Shown here piece by piece: positions 55,847-64,000 of a stretch of 64,000 bases of DNA. Both the position numbers and the translations under genes were made by a program. A model generated the notes under the pieces. The model saw nothing but the letters and a program-made list of their open reading frames with translations. It was not told the DNA's origin and did no database searches. The stretch comes from Perkinsela sp. CCAP 1560/9 (Eukaryota > Protista > Euglenozoa: Kinetoplastea). How positions within the stretch are numbered: the stretch's first letter is position 1; every line of letters begins with the position of its first letter. The stretch covers positions 372,001 to 436,000 of the forward strand of contig CBFFSA010000011.1 in assembly GCA_965644495.1 (NCBI GenBank). Reading direction: 5' to 3'.

Positions 55847-58800
55847 ATGACGGATACCTTCTTAACTCCTCCCCCTCTTGTCTCTCACACACGTTACGGC
55901 ACCCTACACGCCACGCTTCCCTTTCCGTTAAGTACGGAGGAGCTCAGCAACGCCGAGACCGCACTCAAGGATTTGCCCCGGGATGTTCACTCCGCAGACG
56001 CCTTTCTTCCCTTGACTCATCCGGATCATTTTACCCCATGGAATGCATCGGCCTATATGAATTCCCCTGGATATCGTGCTCCTCCTGAAACACCTTCACA
56101 GATTGTTGTTGGATCTGCAATCACAGAAATCGTAGAAAACACGCGGTCGCCGTGTGTGACCATCGTGCATGGTGGAAAAGGGAGTGGGAAATCCACCTGG
56201 GTTCCGCTGGCTCTCCTGAACGCTCATTCTGGAGCACGCGTCTTTCTGGTGTCCCCTTTTCCCGCAAGTTGCGCACTAGTAGCTTCCCGTATTGTGGAGT
56301 TAACAGGATGGACCATGGGGGTTGAAATTGGTATTCAAACCTCACTGATTGATATGGAGATTGCTCCGACTTCTCGTTTGGTTATTTGCACACCAGAGAT
56401 GATGGTGAGACGACTACAAAATGGGTGCGACCCCCACTTGATCAACTCGTTGCTTGTGTTGGATGAAATCCAAACACGTCATCCGTATTTGGATTTACTC
56501 CTCTTGCTGGCGAAGCAATTCGTACATGTGTTAAATCATTCTGTGGTTGTAATGGCAGGTCCGATGGACGCCAGCTCATTCATCTCTCGACTACGTGCTT
56601 ACATGGAATCAGGCACGGAGGGGAGCTGCTGTGTGGTAACAGTTGCAGATTCCCCCATTGGTGGGCATGAGGTTTTTCAGGAATCTTTACCTACTGAACA
56701 AGCAAACGAAACCTCGGAAAAGGGGTTGAATGAAGACATCATTCGGGCAGTACACGCTTCTACACCTGAAATTTGGGACTTGGAGCGCCTACTGGGCATG
56801 GTTACCAAGCAGGATGACAACACTTCTCAACTTTTTGAAGAGCGCCTATCTTCTTTTTCGAATCTCGATGCAGATTTCACCACCATTTGTACTGAAGTCA
56901 TTTCTCCCGTACTCACCACAATGCATTGTGATCTAGCCCATGACAACGGGGGCTTTATTGTCGTTTTGCCCGATGAGGCTTCCTGCACCTTGGTAGCTGA
57001 ACATTTGCAATCCGCCTACATCCCCGCCTCCCAAGCACCCCTAACCGTGTTTACCCTACACGAAAATTCAACCTCCGAACATGCACAAGAAGTCGCAAAC
57101 GCCACATTACCCTATCGTCAACCCTTTGCCACACCAAAATCTGAAACCACGACCCCCACACCACCCCGCCCGCGCCCCGTACTCCTCTCCACCTACGCCA
57201 CCCTCCCCACCCTCCCCATCCTCCTCTCCCCCACCGCCCTCCTCCTTGACACCTGTCGTCGTACCCTCCACCGTTACGACCCTATCGAAGACACTGAATC
57301 CCACATCCCCACCTGGATTACCCTTGACCAACTTCAAGCCAGTGCACAGACCCTTATCGCCTCGAATCCCCGTCACTCTAACGCTGTCTCGTCTACCGCC
57401 TCGAATCCCCATAGTCATCCTAACGCTACCTCTTCTACCTCTGCTTCTACCCCCTCTTCAGAAACCGCTTCTTCGGCTCCTCCTTTTACCAATACCACTA
57501 CCTCTTCTCCTTCTGCAACCCCCTCTCCATCCAGCGCTTCTTCGGCTCCTCCCTTTACGAATACTGCCTCTTCTGCAACCCCTTCTTCATCCATCCCTTC
57601 CGCTCCCTTTACGAGTCCCACTACTTCTTCTTCCACTCCCTCTTCTTCCACTCCCTCTTCTTCCACTCCCTCTTCTTCCACTCCCTCTTCTTCTTCTTCT
57701 TCTCCTGCTGCTGCTGCCCCCCCCTCCCGCCCCCGCCACCTCCTCCTCCTCCCCTCCCCCGCCCTCTCCGCCACCCTCGCCCTCGAGTCCCCCTCCCACG
57801 ACCCCATCCAGCACACCCCCCGCCTCCACGAGCTTATCCTCCAGCTCTACCCCCTCACCGAGGCCCTCCGGCAGCACAGCCCCGAGCGCGTCCTCTGGCA
57901 GCTGCTCCGCCCCCCGGGCCCCGCGGCCGTGGAGGCCGCGCTGCGGGGACTCGCCCAGCAGGGGCTGCTGACCCCGGGGGGGGCAGCGCTTTCCCCGATG
58001 GGCAGAGTGGTGGCCCACCTGGGGCTGCCGGTGGGGGTCGCGCGCCTGCTGGTCGGGGGGCTGGGGCTGGGGGTGGGGAGACCGCTATTGTGGTTGGCCG
58101 CGGCTGCGGGGATGCCGGGGTGTGAGGGGTGGAGGAAGGGAGGACCAAACCGCAGGGATGGGGCGCAACCCGGGGAGGGGGGTTCGATGAGATGTGACGC
58201 GGAGGTGATCGGGGGACTGGCGCAGCGGTACTTGGGGGAGATGGACCGTGTGGGGTTTTGTGCTCGTGTGGGGTTGGATGCGGAGGTGATGGGTCGGATC
58301 ACGAGGACAGCGTCGCGAATGGAGAGGTTGCTGCAGTCGTGTGGGTTGCTGGGGGAGAGCGCTGGGGTGTATGTCCCGCCACTGTCGAGGAGTTTTACCG
58401 GGTCGCTGGGGTTTACGGGAGCGGCGCATCGGGATCGGGAGGTTCATAGCCGGTTGGTACAACATGCTGTGGTGAGTGCGCTGTATCCCCGGGTTTGTTG
58501 TATCGAACGCGGAGGCTCTACGGTGTTTTTTCCTCATCTTACGACGGAGAAACGGGAAGTAAAAGTATCGTTTGACACACTTGCTCAGCTTTCTTTTACC
58601 GATGGCACGGTATTGGCTTATTCTCGTAAAGTGTCTCACTTGGATTCCTCCGGGACTGAACACATTACGTTATCAGGCCTCTGTGAAGTTCCATTGCTCA
58701 GTCTCGTGCTGTGTAGTGGTAGTGCAGGAGTAGAAGAGACACCCAGCTCAGAGTTGACAAGAGGAGCGATAAAATCAAATAGCCGAAAACCTCGACAATG

Positions 58801-60070
58801 TCGTGGGTGGTGGCCGAGTCCTTTCGATGCGGTCGATCCAGCGGTACAAAGCGTCGTGGCTCCGATCTCACGACACGCAACGTTATCCGAAAGGGAGAGA
58901 GAAACCGAAACCTCTCCGTTTTCTTCCTCTGTGAAAAGCACATGCCCCCGAAATCCTACAGTACCGTGCTACATCCTGGCTCGCACTACAGAGAAGGCTT
59001 GGATCCGGCTCGACCATGCGTTGTTAATCGCGGTAGATGCGAGTGCGTTACGGTTGTTGTTTGCGTTACGCAGTACGCTCTATGCTGCCGTGCTGCACTG
59101 GCTGGCGTTCTCGCGCAAACAAGCCCCCGGGTCGGTACTCCCGGCTCCGTTACGTGACGTGCTCCCGTGGCTGTTGTTTCTTACGCACCGTAACCCGAAA
59201 AAGCTTACAGAGTATTTAGCGGAGATTGGGTTTGTGAACAGTCGTCGACTTTTACAAGACGCCACCGCGCCGATTCATATTATGCCACGCTGGGGTTCGT
59301 ACTTGTTACGACGGAAAGAAGAAAAACGTGGAGAAAAAACAGAAGAGCAGAAGGCTGTGGATGCCGCAGAAAGTCAGTCACAGAAAGGAGAAGGCTCTGC
59401 CGCGACGACGCGTGTGGGTTCAATGCCAGAAATCGAAACCGATTCCCTTTCCGCGCCCTTCCCCCAACTGCGTGCAAAAGAGCTCGAGCTCATCCATCGC
59501 ACCGTGGAGATTCTGGTCAAAAAAGGCACGAAACAATTCGAAATGGAGTTTCGTCGTCGGGTCGCGGACAACCCCTGTTTTCGTTTTCTGCAAGACCACA
59601 GCCCCGCCCACCCGCACTATTTAACGCTCTATGCCGCGGAACGACGACACGCGGAAGCCAAGATGGATGGAGGCCTGGTTTATCCTCCTGTTGAGGGGGG
59701 GAACGAGAATCATCTTTCGGGGGAAGAACTTCCCCAAATCCAGCTGGAGTACCTCCCCCCTCATCTCGCAGCTGCGTTCGCGCTCACGGCGGTGTCGTCC
59801 TCTCCCGCTTTCGCGCATAAACCCATGGAATACAATTTAGAGGGCTCCACACTGAATACGGTTTTGCGTTACTACAGTGTGGAGTTTAGCTCGGTACGGC
59901 TGCCGAATGCTGCTGTCCATCGAGCGCTGCTGCTGCCTCGGAGTTTTGTCCCGATCCGTACCGCCGAGGGGAGGAAACGGGAGGTGCTGCGCGCGTATCG
60001 CACAGCGGGGCTGCTGGAGAGTGATGGGCTCACGGCACGACGCGCCGCGATGCGACGCATAGGGGAGTGA
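55847..60070 (+). CDS. Degenerate DEAH/RHA helicase-like protein with a SURP-like C-terminal domain
   Basis: GGKGSGKSTWVP, CTPEMM, LDEIQTR, HA2-like LSPMGRVVAHLGL, VVSALYP; SURP-like IHRTVEILVKKG..FE...NPCFRFL...SPAHPHY. Confidence 0.75.
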   Translation: MTDTFLTPPPLVSHTRYGTLHATLPFPLSTEELSNAETALKDLPRDVHSADAFLPLTHPDHFTPWNASAYMNSPGYRAPPETPSQIVVGSAITEIVENTRSPCVTIVHGGKGSGKSTWVPLALLNAHSGARVFLVSPFPASCALVASRIVELTGWTMGVEIGIQTSLIDMEIAPTSRLVICTPEMMVRRLQNGCDPHLINSLLVLDEIQTRHPYLDLLLLLAKQFVHVLNHSVVVMAGPMDASSFISRLRAYMESGTEGSCCVVTVADSPIGGHEVFQESLPTEQANETSEKGLNEDIIRAVHASTPEIWDLERLLGMVTKQDDNTSQLFEERLSSFSNLDADFTTICTEVISPVLTTMHCDLAHDNGGFIVVLPDEASCTLVAEHLQSAYIPASQAPLTVFTLHENSTSEHAQEVANATLPYRQPFATPKSETTTPTPPRPRPVLLSTYATLPTLPILLSPTALLLDTCRRTLHRYDPIEDTESHIPTWITLDQLQASAQTLIASNPRHSNAVSSTASNPHSHPNATSSTSASTPSSETASSAPPFTNTTTSSPSATPSPSSASSAPPFTNTASSATPSSSIPSAPFTSPTTSSSTPSSSTPSSSTPSSSTPSSSSSSPAAAAPPSRPRHLLLLPSPALSATLALESPSHDPIQHTPRLHELILQLYPLTEALRQHSPERVLWQLLRPPGPAAVEAALRGLAQQGLLTPGGAALSPMGRVVAHLGLPVGVARLLVGGLGLGVGRPLLWLAAAAGMPGCEGWRKGGPNRRDGAQPGEGGSMRCDAEVIGGLAQRYLGEMDRVGFCARVGLDAEVMGRITRTASRMERLLQSCGLLGESAGVYVPPLSRSFTGSLGFTGAAHRDREVHSRLVQHAVVSALYPRVCCIERGGSTVFFPHLTTEKREVKVSFDTLAQLSFTDGTVLAYSRKVSHLDSSGTEHITLSGLCEVPLLSLVLCSGSAGVEETPSSELTRGAIKSNSRKPRQCRGWWPSPFDAVDPAVQSVVAPISRHATLSERERETETSPFSSSVKSTCPRNPTVPCYILARTTEKAWIRLDHALLIAVDASALRLLFALRSTLYAAVLHWLAFSRKQAPGSVLPAPLRDVLPWLLFLTHRNPKKLTEYLAEIGFVNSRRLLQDATAPIHIMPRWGSYLLRRKEEKRGEKTEEQKAVDAAESQSQKGEGSAATTRVGSMPEIETDSLSAPFPQLRAKELELIHRTVEILVKKGTKQFEMEFRRRVADNPCFRFLQDHSPAHPHYLTLYAAERRHAEAKMDGGLVYPPVEGGNENHLSGEELPQIQLEYLPPHLAAAFALTAVSSSPAFAHKPMEYNLEGSTLNTVLRYYSVEFSSVRLPNAAVHRALLLPRSFVPIRTAEGRKREVLRAYRTAGLLESDGLTARRAAMRRIGE

Positions 60071-60461
60071 AAGGGGGGAAGGGGTGGAGTGGAACAATGT
60101 AGTTTTATAGTTCAAAGGAGATTCTGGGCACAGGATACAAAAGTGCATGTGTTAGGGGGATAGGTGAAAAGGGGATAAAGGATGGGTTAAAGTATAACCC
60201 TTTCGTGGCTTGAGAGGACCGCGGCATGAGTTTTGCATGAGTGGGGCGACACCAAGGCGCGCAAATCAATGCAGAAAAAACTATTGTTTGATGAATAAAT
60301 TATACGCTTTCTAGTGGATATGATAGCAATTTTAAAGTCCTTTCGGTTCTATACTTTTTTCAGCTTGTTTTATAAAATAGTGCTGTAGCGTAGATTACGA
60401 AGTATCGCATTACGAGTATTTAATCTATGATACCTTAACCTCTACACAATAATAGAAACCA

Positions 60462-61064
60462 ATGCAAGGTAATACAAGTATTGATACCTCGTTCCTTAAA
60501 GCCCGCCGACGTTTGAAAATACTAATACGCTCTGTCCCTCAAGACCGAACGGTTGAGCTTGAAATTGAAGCGATCTACAAGGCATATCCGAAACTTCAGG
60601 AGGAGATACCACGCCCTTCATTGCAGGCAAGTGATGCGCTAAGGCAATGCCCATTCTTGAAGAATGAGCAAACTAACTGCACTAATAGTTGCTTTCCTCT
60701 GATATTAAATTTACTGAGCATGATTTTAAATATACGGCAGTACCTTCTTCAGCTTCCTAGATACACCATTATGAGCGTGGCAGTCTGTTCGATCGCATGC
60801 GCAGTGTTAGAGCATGTTAATTTCCTTCATGTGGATCTTTCTATTTTGAAGGAAGCATTAAGTGTATATCAGAACCACTTTTACTTCGTTGCTATTTTTC
60901 TTTCTTTTACTTTATTTTATTTGCTTTGCACAGGATTGCACGGTTCGAGAATATCGTTTATCAGCCTCAAACATGTATCCTTTTTTGCTTTGTCGTGCAT
61001 TGTTTTCGCATGCGTTAGGAGACTTGTGCAAGTTCTTCTCGGCATGTATGCGTTACCATTATAA
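60462..61064 (+). CDS. Hypothetical membrane protein
   Basis: 200-aa ATG ORF with 3-4 hydrophobic segments. Confidence 0.4.
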   Translation: MQGNTSIDTSFLKARRRLKILIRSVPQDRTVELEIEAIYKAYPKLQEEIPRPSLQASDALRQCPFLKNEQTNCTNSCFPLILNLLSMILNIRQYLLQLPRYTIMSVAVCSIACAVLEHVNFLHVDLSILKEALSVYQNHFYFVAIFLSFTLFYLLCTGLHGSRISFISLKHVSFFALSCIVFACVRRLVQVLLGMYALPL

Positions 61065-61283
61065 CAAGAGTGGGAAGACGTTGTCTTTGGTGTTGCGACG
61101 TACAAAAAACATTCCATGTACTACGACGAAGAAGGGGTACTACAGTGTATGGCCGAAGCGATAAGATAGAGAGATGCAGACTCGCTAATGTCCTTTCCCG
61201 GAGGGGTGAAGAAAAGAATATGCAACAGTTACATAATCCCAAAGAAATAGTAAAAACGTGTACTGTGTTGTTTTTCTCTTTTT

Positions 61284-62201
61284 GTGGGAATCATGTGTGA
61301 GTTTTGTTACTACTGTGGAAAAATTACTTACATTGCAAACAAGAGAACTGAGATTCATCATTTTTTATCATTTATTCCGATGTTCGGCAGTACGATGCTG
61401 TTACGGGCCAGCTATGCTGTCGATGATCAATCGGACCTTCGGCGCGGACGCATTGAAAGTTCCCTTTTGCCCCAGGAGGTATTGCTCTGGCGTTTAACCG
61501 AAAATTTAAAAGTACGGCATTCGAGTTGGAGGCTTACCAAAAAGAATTTCTTCCGTACCTCCAATGTGTCGCCTTGCACATGGGCGGGCATCGCATGCAA
61601 CGACAACAAAAGCGTCGTAACACTGGATATGTCTGCGGTGTCCCGATACAAAATGGAAGGCAATCTTACTTGGGAAAATTTACCACAAACAATCGTTCAC
61701 GTCAATGTCGCTAATCAGGGTCTACAGGGCACAATGGACACACGCCTGTTCCCACCAGGTTTAAATTTTTTTTCTAGCATGGATAACTGGCAATCCGGTC
61801 CAATTGATCTCTCTCAGCTTCCAGTGGGAATCACTATCGTACGGTTTAATAAAAATGCACACACAGAGTATCTTGATCTAACTTCTCTGCCCGATACCCT
61901 TCGCCAACTGAACGTTTCCTCAAATTTATTTATCGGGGAAATCAATCTAGATTCTCTTCCCGCATCGCTACGTCGACTTGAGCTCTCCAACAACCGACTG
62001 TACGGAACTCTAGGTTTTAACGAACTTCACAGACGATATCCGTCAGACATCAGAAAAGATGAGAGTGAAAGACGAAAATTGAAGAACCGATTCGTGCCAA
62101 CTCTTGCAGTTGACTTAAGTAATAATTACTTTTATAAATATGTGCCCGAGGGCGTCTTACCGAAGGGTATAACGTACGGTTATCAAAATTTCTCTAATTA
62201 A
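61284..62201 (+). CDS. Leucine-rich repeat protein
   Basis: SPCTWAGIAC cap; LNVSSNLFIGEINLDSLP; likely ATG at about 61380-61395. Confidence 0.85.
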   Translation: MGIMCEFCYYCGKITYIANKRTEIHHFLSFIPMFGSTMLLRASYAVDDQSDLRRGRIESSLLPQEVLLWRLTENLKVRHSSWRLTKKNFFRTSNVSPCTWAGIACNDNKSVVTLDMSAVSRYKMEGNLTWENLPQTIVHVNVANQGLQGTMDTRLFPPGLNFFSSMDNWQSGPIDLSQLPVGITIVRFNKNAHTEYLDLTSLPDTLRQLNVSSNLFIGEINLDSLPASLRRLELSNNRLYGTLGFNELHRRYPSDIRKDESERRKLKNRFVPTLAVDLSNNYFYKYVPEGVLPKGITYGYQNFSN

Positions 62202-62267
62202 GACCAATTCAGAGGGGAAGGGTTGTCTAGATTTCTTACAGTATAGTACAGTGCATAATAATCCTCT

Positions 62268-62341
62268 ACCCCTTATCCTAGCGTTGCTCGGAGACCCCCT
62301 TAATTCACCATTGAGGGGATTGACTCTTGCCGCGAAGCGGC
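62268..62341. repeat. Copy of the TATCCTAGCGTTGC repeat family
   Basis: CCTTATCCTAGCGTTGC...CTCTTGCCGCGAAGCGGC. Confidence 0.6.
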
Positions 62342-62479
62342 ACGATATACATTTCGTCTGGACCCCCCCCCCTGTATTTTGACCCCCTTCAATACTAGTA
62401 GTATTATTTGGGTATTTAAACCTTCGCGTACGTGAATATGTGCATATTCACATATTTTTGACCAACATACCTCAAGGTA

Positions 62480-62570
62480 AGATGCACAATGCATACTGCC
62501 CCATAGCATTACCTTTGTAGGGTGATGAGTTCGACTCCTTGCAACTTTATCGTCGGGATTCTGTATCATT
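62480..62570 (-). pseudogene. Short fragment of the same Tc1-like transposase family as 52646-53935
   Basis: QNPDDKVARSRTHHPTKVMLWGS versus QSPEDRVPKSRSHHPTKVMLWGA. Confidence 0.75.
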
Positions 62571-62726
62571 CGTATCGAATATCTTCGTTACGTGTATCAT
62601 TCGTATCGAATATCTTTTCGTCAGAAAAGACTATTATTTTAGAACCACCACTCCAAGTGGAAGCAAAATCAACTCTGTTTTCCTTCTGTCATGCACTCAA
62701 GGCCATTGTAATAGGCCTAATAGGAT

Positions 62727-63297
62727 TCGTTTCGAATCCGAGGTCCTTTTCACTCGTGGACACCTGTATCATACCTAAGCCGGAAAAAAACTGCAAAAAA
62801 GTCGATTTTTTTTCACAGAGTACATTTTTTTCAAAATTGGTACACTTGTTGGTGATTCATGAAGAAGCACCGCCCCCTGTGCTTACCTTCCACGAGGCAG
62901 GAGCCTCGTGTGCCCCGAGATGCGCACGGCACTCGCGATCGATTGAGAGCGACTTAAGTCCTATAAGACACTCGAAAATTTTCATAAATTTAGCCCCGGG
63001 TCCATTATTGAAACTTTTCGCTTTTTTTCTGAAGATTAACCGGAAACGTTTAAGAAAGCCTTCCGGGACTATAGTAAACGTTTTCTTTTGGTCAAGGAGG
63101 CTAAAGTGCATATGACTAAATACTAGAGATTACTTTGCACACCTTTTCCACGTCTTCTGACCTACTTTACTACTGTTCCTCATCCGAAACATTCAAAAAA
63201 ATGAGCCCAAAAAAATTGTAATTAGCGTTTTTCACCCCTACCTGGCTAGGGGGGGTAGGGGGTCGCTCGAATGAAAAGGACCTCGGATTCGGAACGA
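62727..63297. repeat. 30-bp inverted repeat pair (likely subterminal repeats of a non-autonomous DNA transposon)
   Basis: 62727-62756 TCGTTTCGAATCCGAGGTCCTTTTCACTCG versus the reverse complement of 63268-63297 (2 mismatches). Confidence 0.7.
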
Positions 63298-63542
63298 TTA
63301 GGTCGAAAAACGGTGGTATACCAAATATTTCCAAAATCGGACAAAATACAAGACCTGTAGGGGGGGGGGGGTAAAAGACGCTGAACACCACTGTACAAGT
63401 ATGTATACTGCTATGTACATGTGTATTTCTCATTAACATAAGATTTACAATTTATTTCACAGGTTTCCATTTTTTTCTGCTTATCTCGCTCCTCCCGACA
63501 TAATTTCAACTGCTACTTCTCATTTACCCCCCTCTCATCCCC

Positions 63543-64000
63543 ATGTCTTCCAGCCACCTCCACCACCACACCCCCCACACCACCCAAAACCAAGGCAACG
63601 CCCTAGGCACACGCTCCAGCATACGTCTCTGTACACACGGCAAATCCCAAGGCCATGGAGGTGCAATGAAAGATCTTCTCGGTCTCTCCTCCTCCGGTTC
63701 TGTCTCAAAACCACCTACCCCCTTCTCTCATACACCCTCTTCTAACGTTCAGAACGTATCAAACAGCAGCAAAGAAGAAGCTCTACCCGCGAAAAATACA
63801 GATATTGAAAACATAAACACAATCTCTTCTTCTTCTTCTCATCCGAACGTGTTGAATACCACAACAACTCGTAGCACGACGCGGTCTCAATCTCACCTTC
63901 ACCTCTCGTGCCCCAGTTCCACACAGAACCAGGGGAACGTGCTAGGGGAGCGTCCCTGTGTGAGACGCAATGTGATTGGCACCCGCCATGGTGGGGGGAA
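63543..64000 (+). CDS. 5' part of a protein with repeated QNQGNxLGxR motifs (SPIRAL1/Jupiter-like), running off the window
   Basis: ATG at 63543 after a polypyrimidine tract, frame open to the window end; TQNQGNALGTRSSIR...HGG and TQNQGNVLGERPCVR...HGGG. Confidence 0.6.
   Translation, partial: MSSSHLHHHTPHTTQNQGNALGTRSSIRLCTHGKSQGHGGAMKDLLGLSSSGSVSKPPTPFSHTPSSNVQNVSNSSKEEALPAKNTDIENINTISSSSSHPNVLNTTTTRSTTRSQSHLHLSCPSSTQNQGNVLGERPCVRRNVIGTRHGGG

Overview
Eukaryotic DNA with kinetoplastid-style organisation. Every recognisable host gene is intronless, lies on the + strand and is usually preceded by a polypyrimidine tract, which fits one polycistronic, trans-spliced cluster. One gene looks like the kinetoplastid guide-RNA matchmaker MRP1. 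A dispersed family of short LRR proteins suggests a non-trypanosomatid, possibly Perkinsela-like lineage (inference). Host genes: DPH2, a WD40 protein, divergent citrate synthase, RPS23, MBF1, UMP-CMP/adenylate kinase, dynamin-related protein, SEY1/RHD3, NAD synthetase, UPF1, MRP1-like with zinc knuckles, mitochondrial intermediate peptidase (split by an in-frame TGA), CYTH protein, SAR1, a methyltransferase, PTH2, an RS-rich RRM-like protein, a degenerate DEAH helicase, and nine LRR genes or pseudogenes. Intergenic DNA holds many mobile-element remnants: IS30-like, Tc1/mariner, MITEs, a tyrosine-recombinase fragment and a tRNA-headed SINE-like repeat. The most unusual region is 9847-12576. 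There a reverse transcriptase/RNase H cassette and a 6 x 119-bp array of covarying UUCG hairpins are each bounded by inverted termini sharing the motif CATTATC-N8-GTAA(A/G)CAC, and they are joined by a 68-nt palindrome. All family assignments come from motif recognition by eye; no database searches were run.
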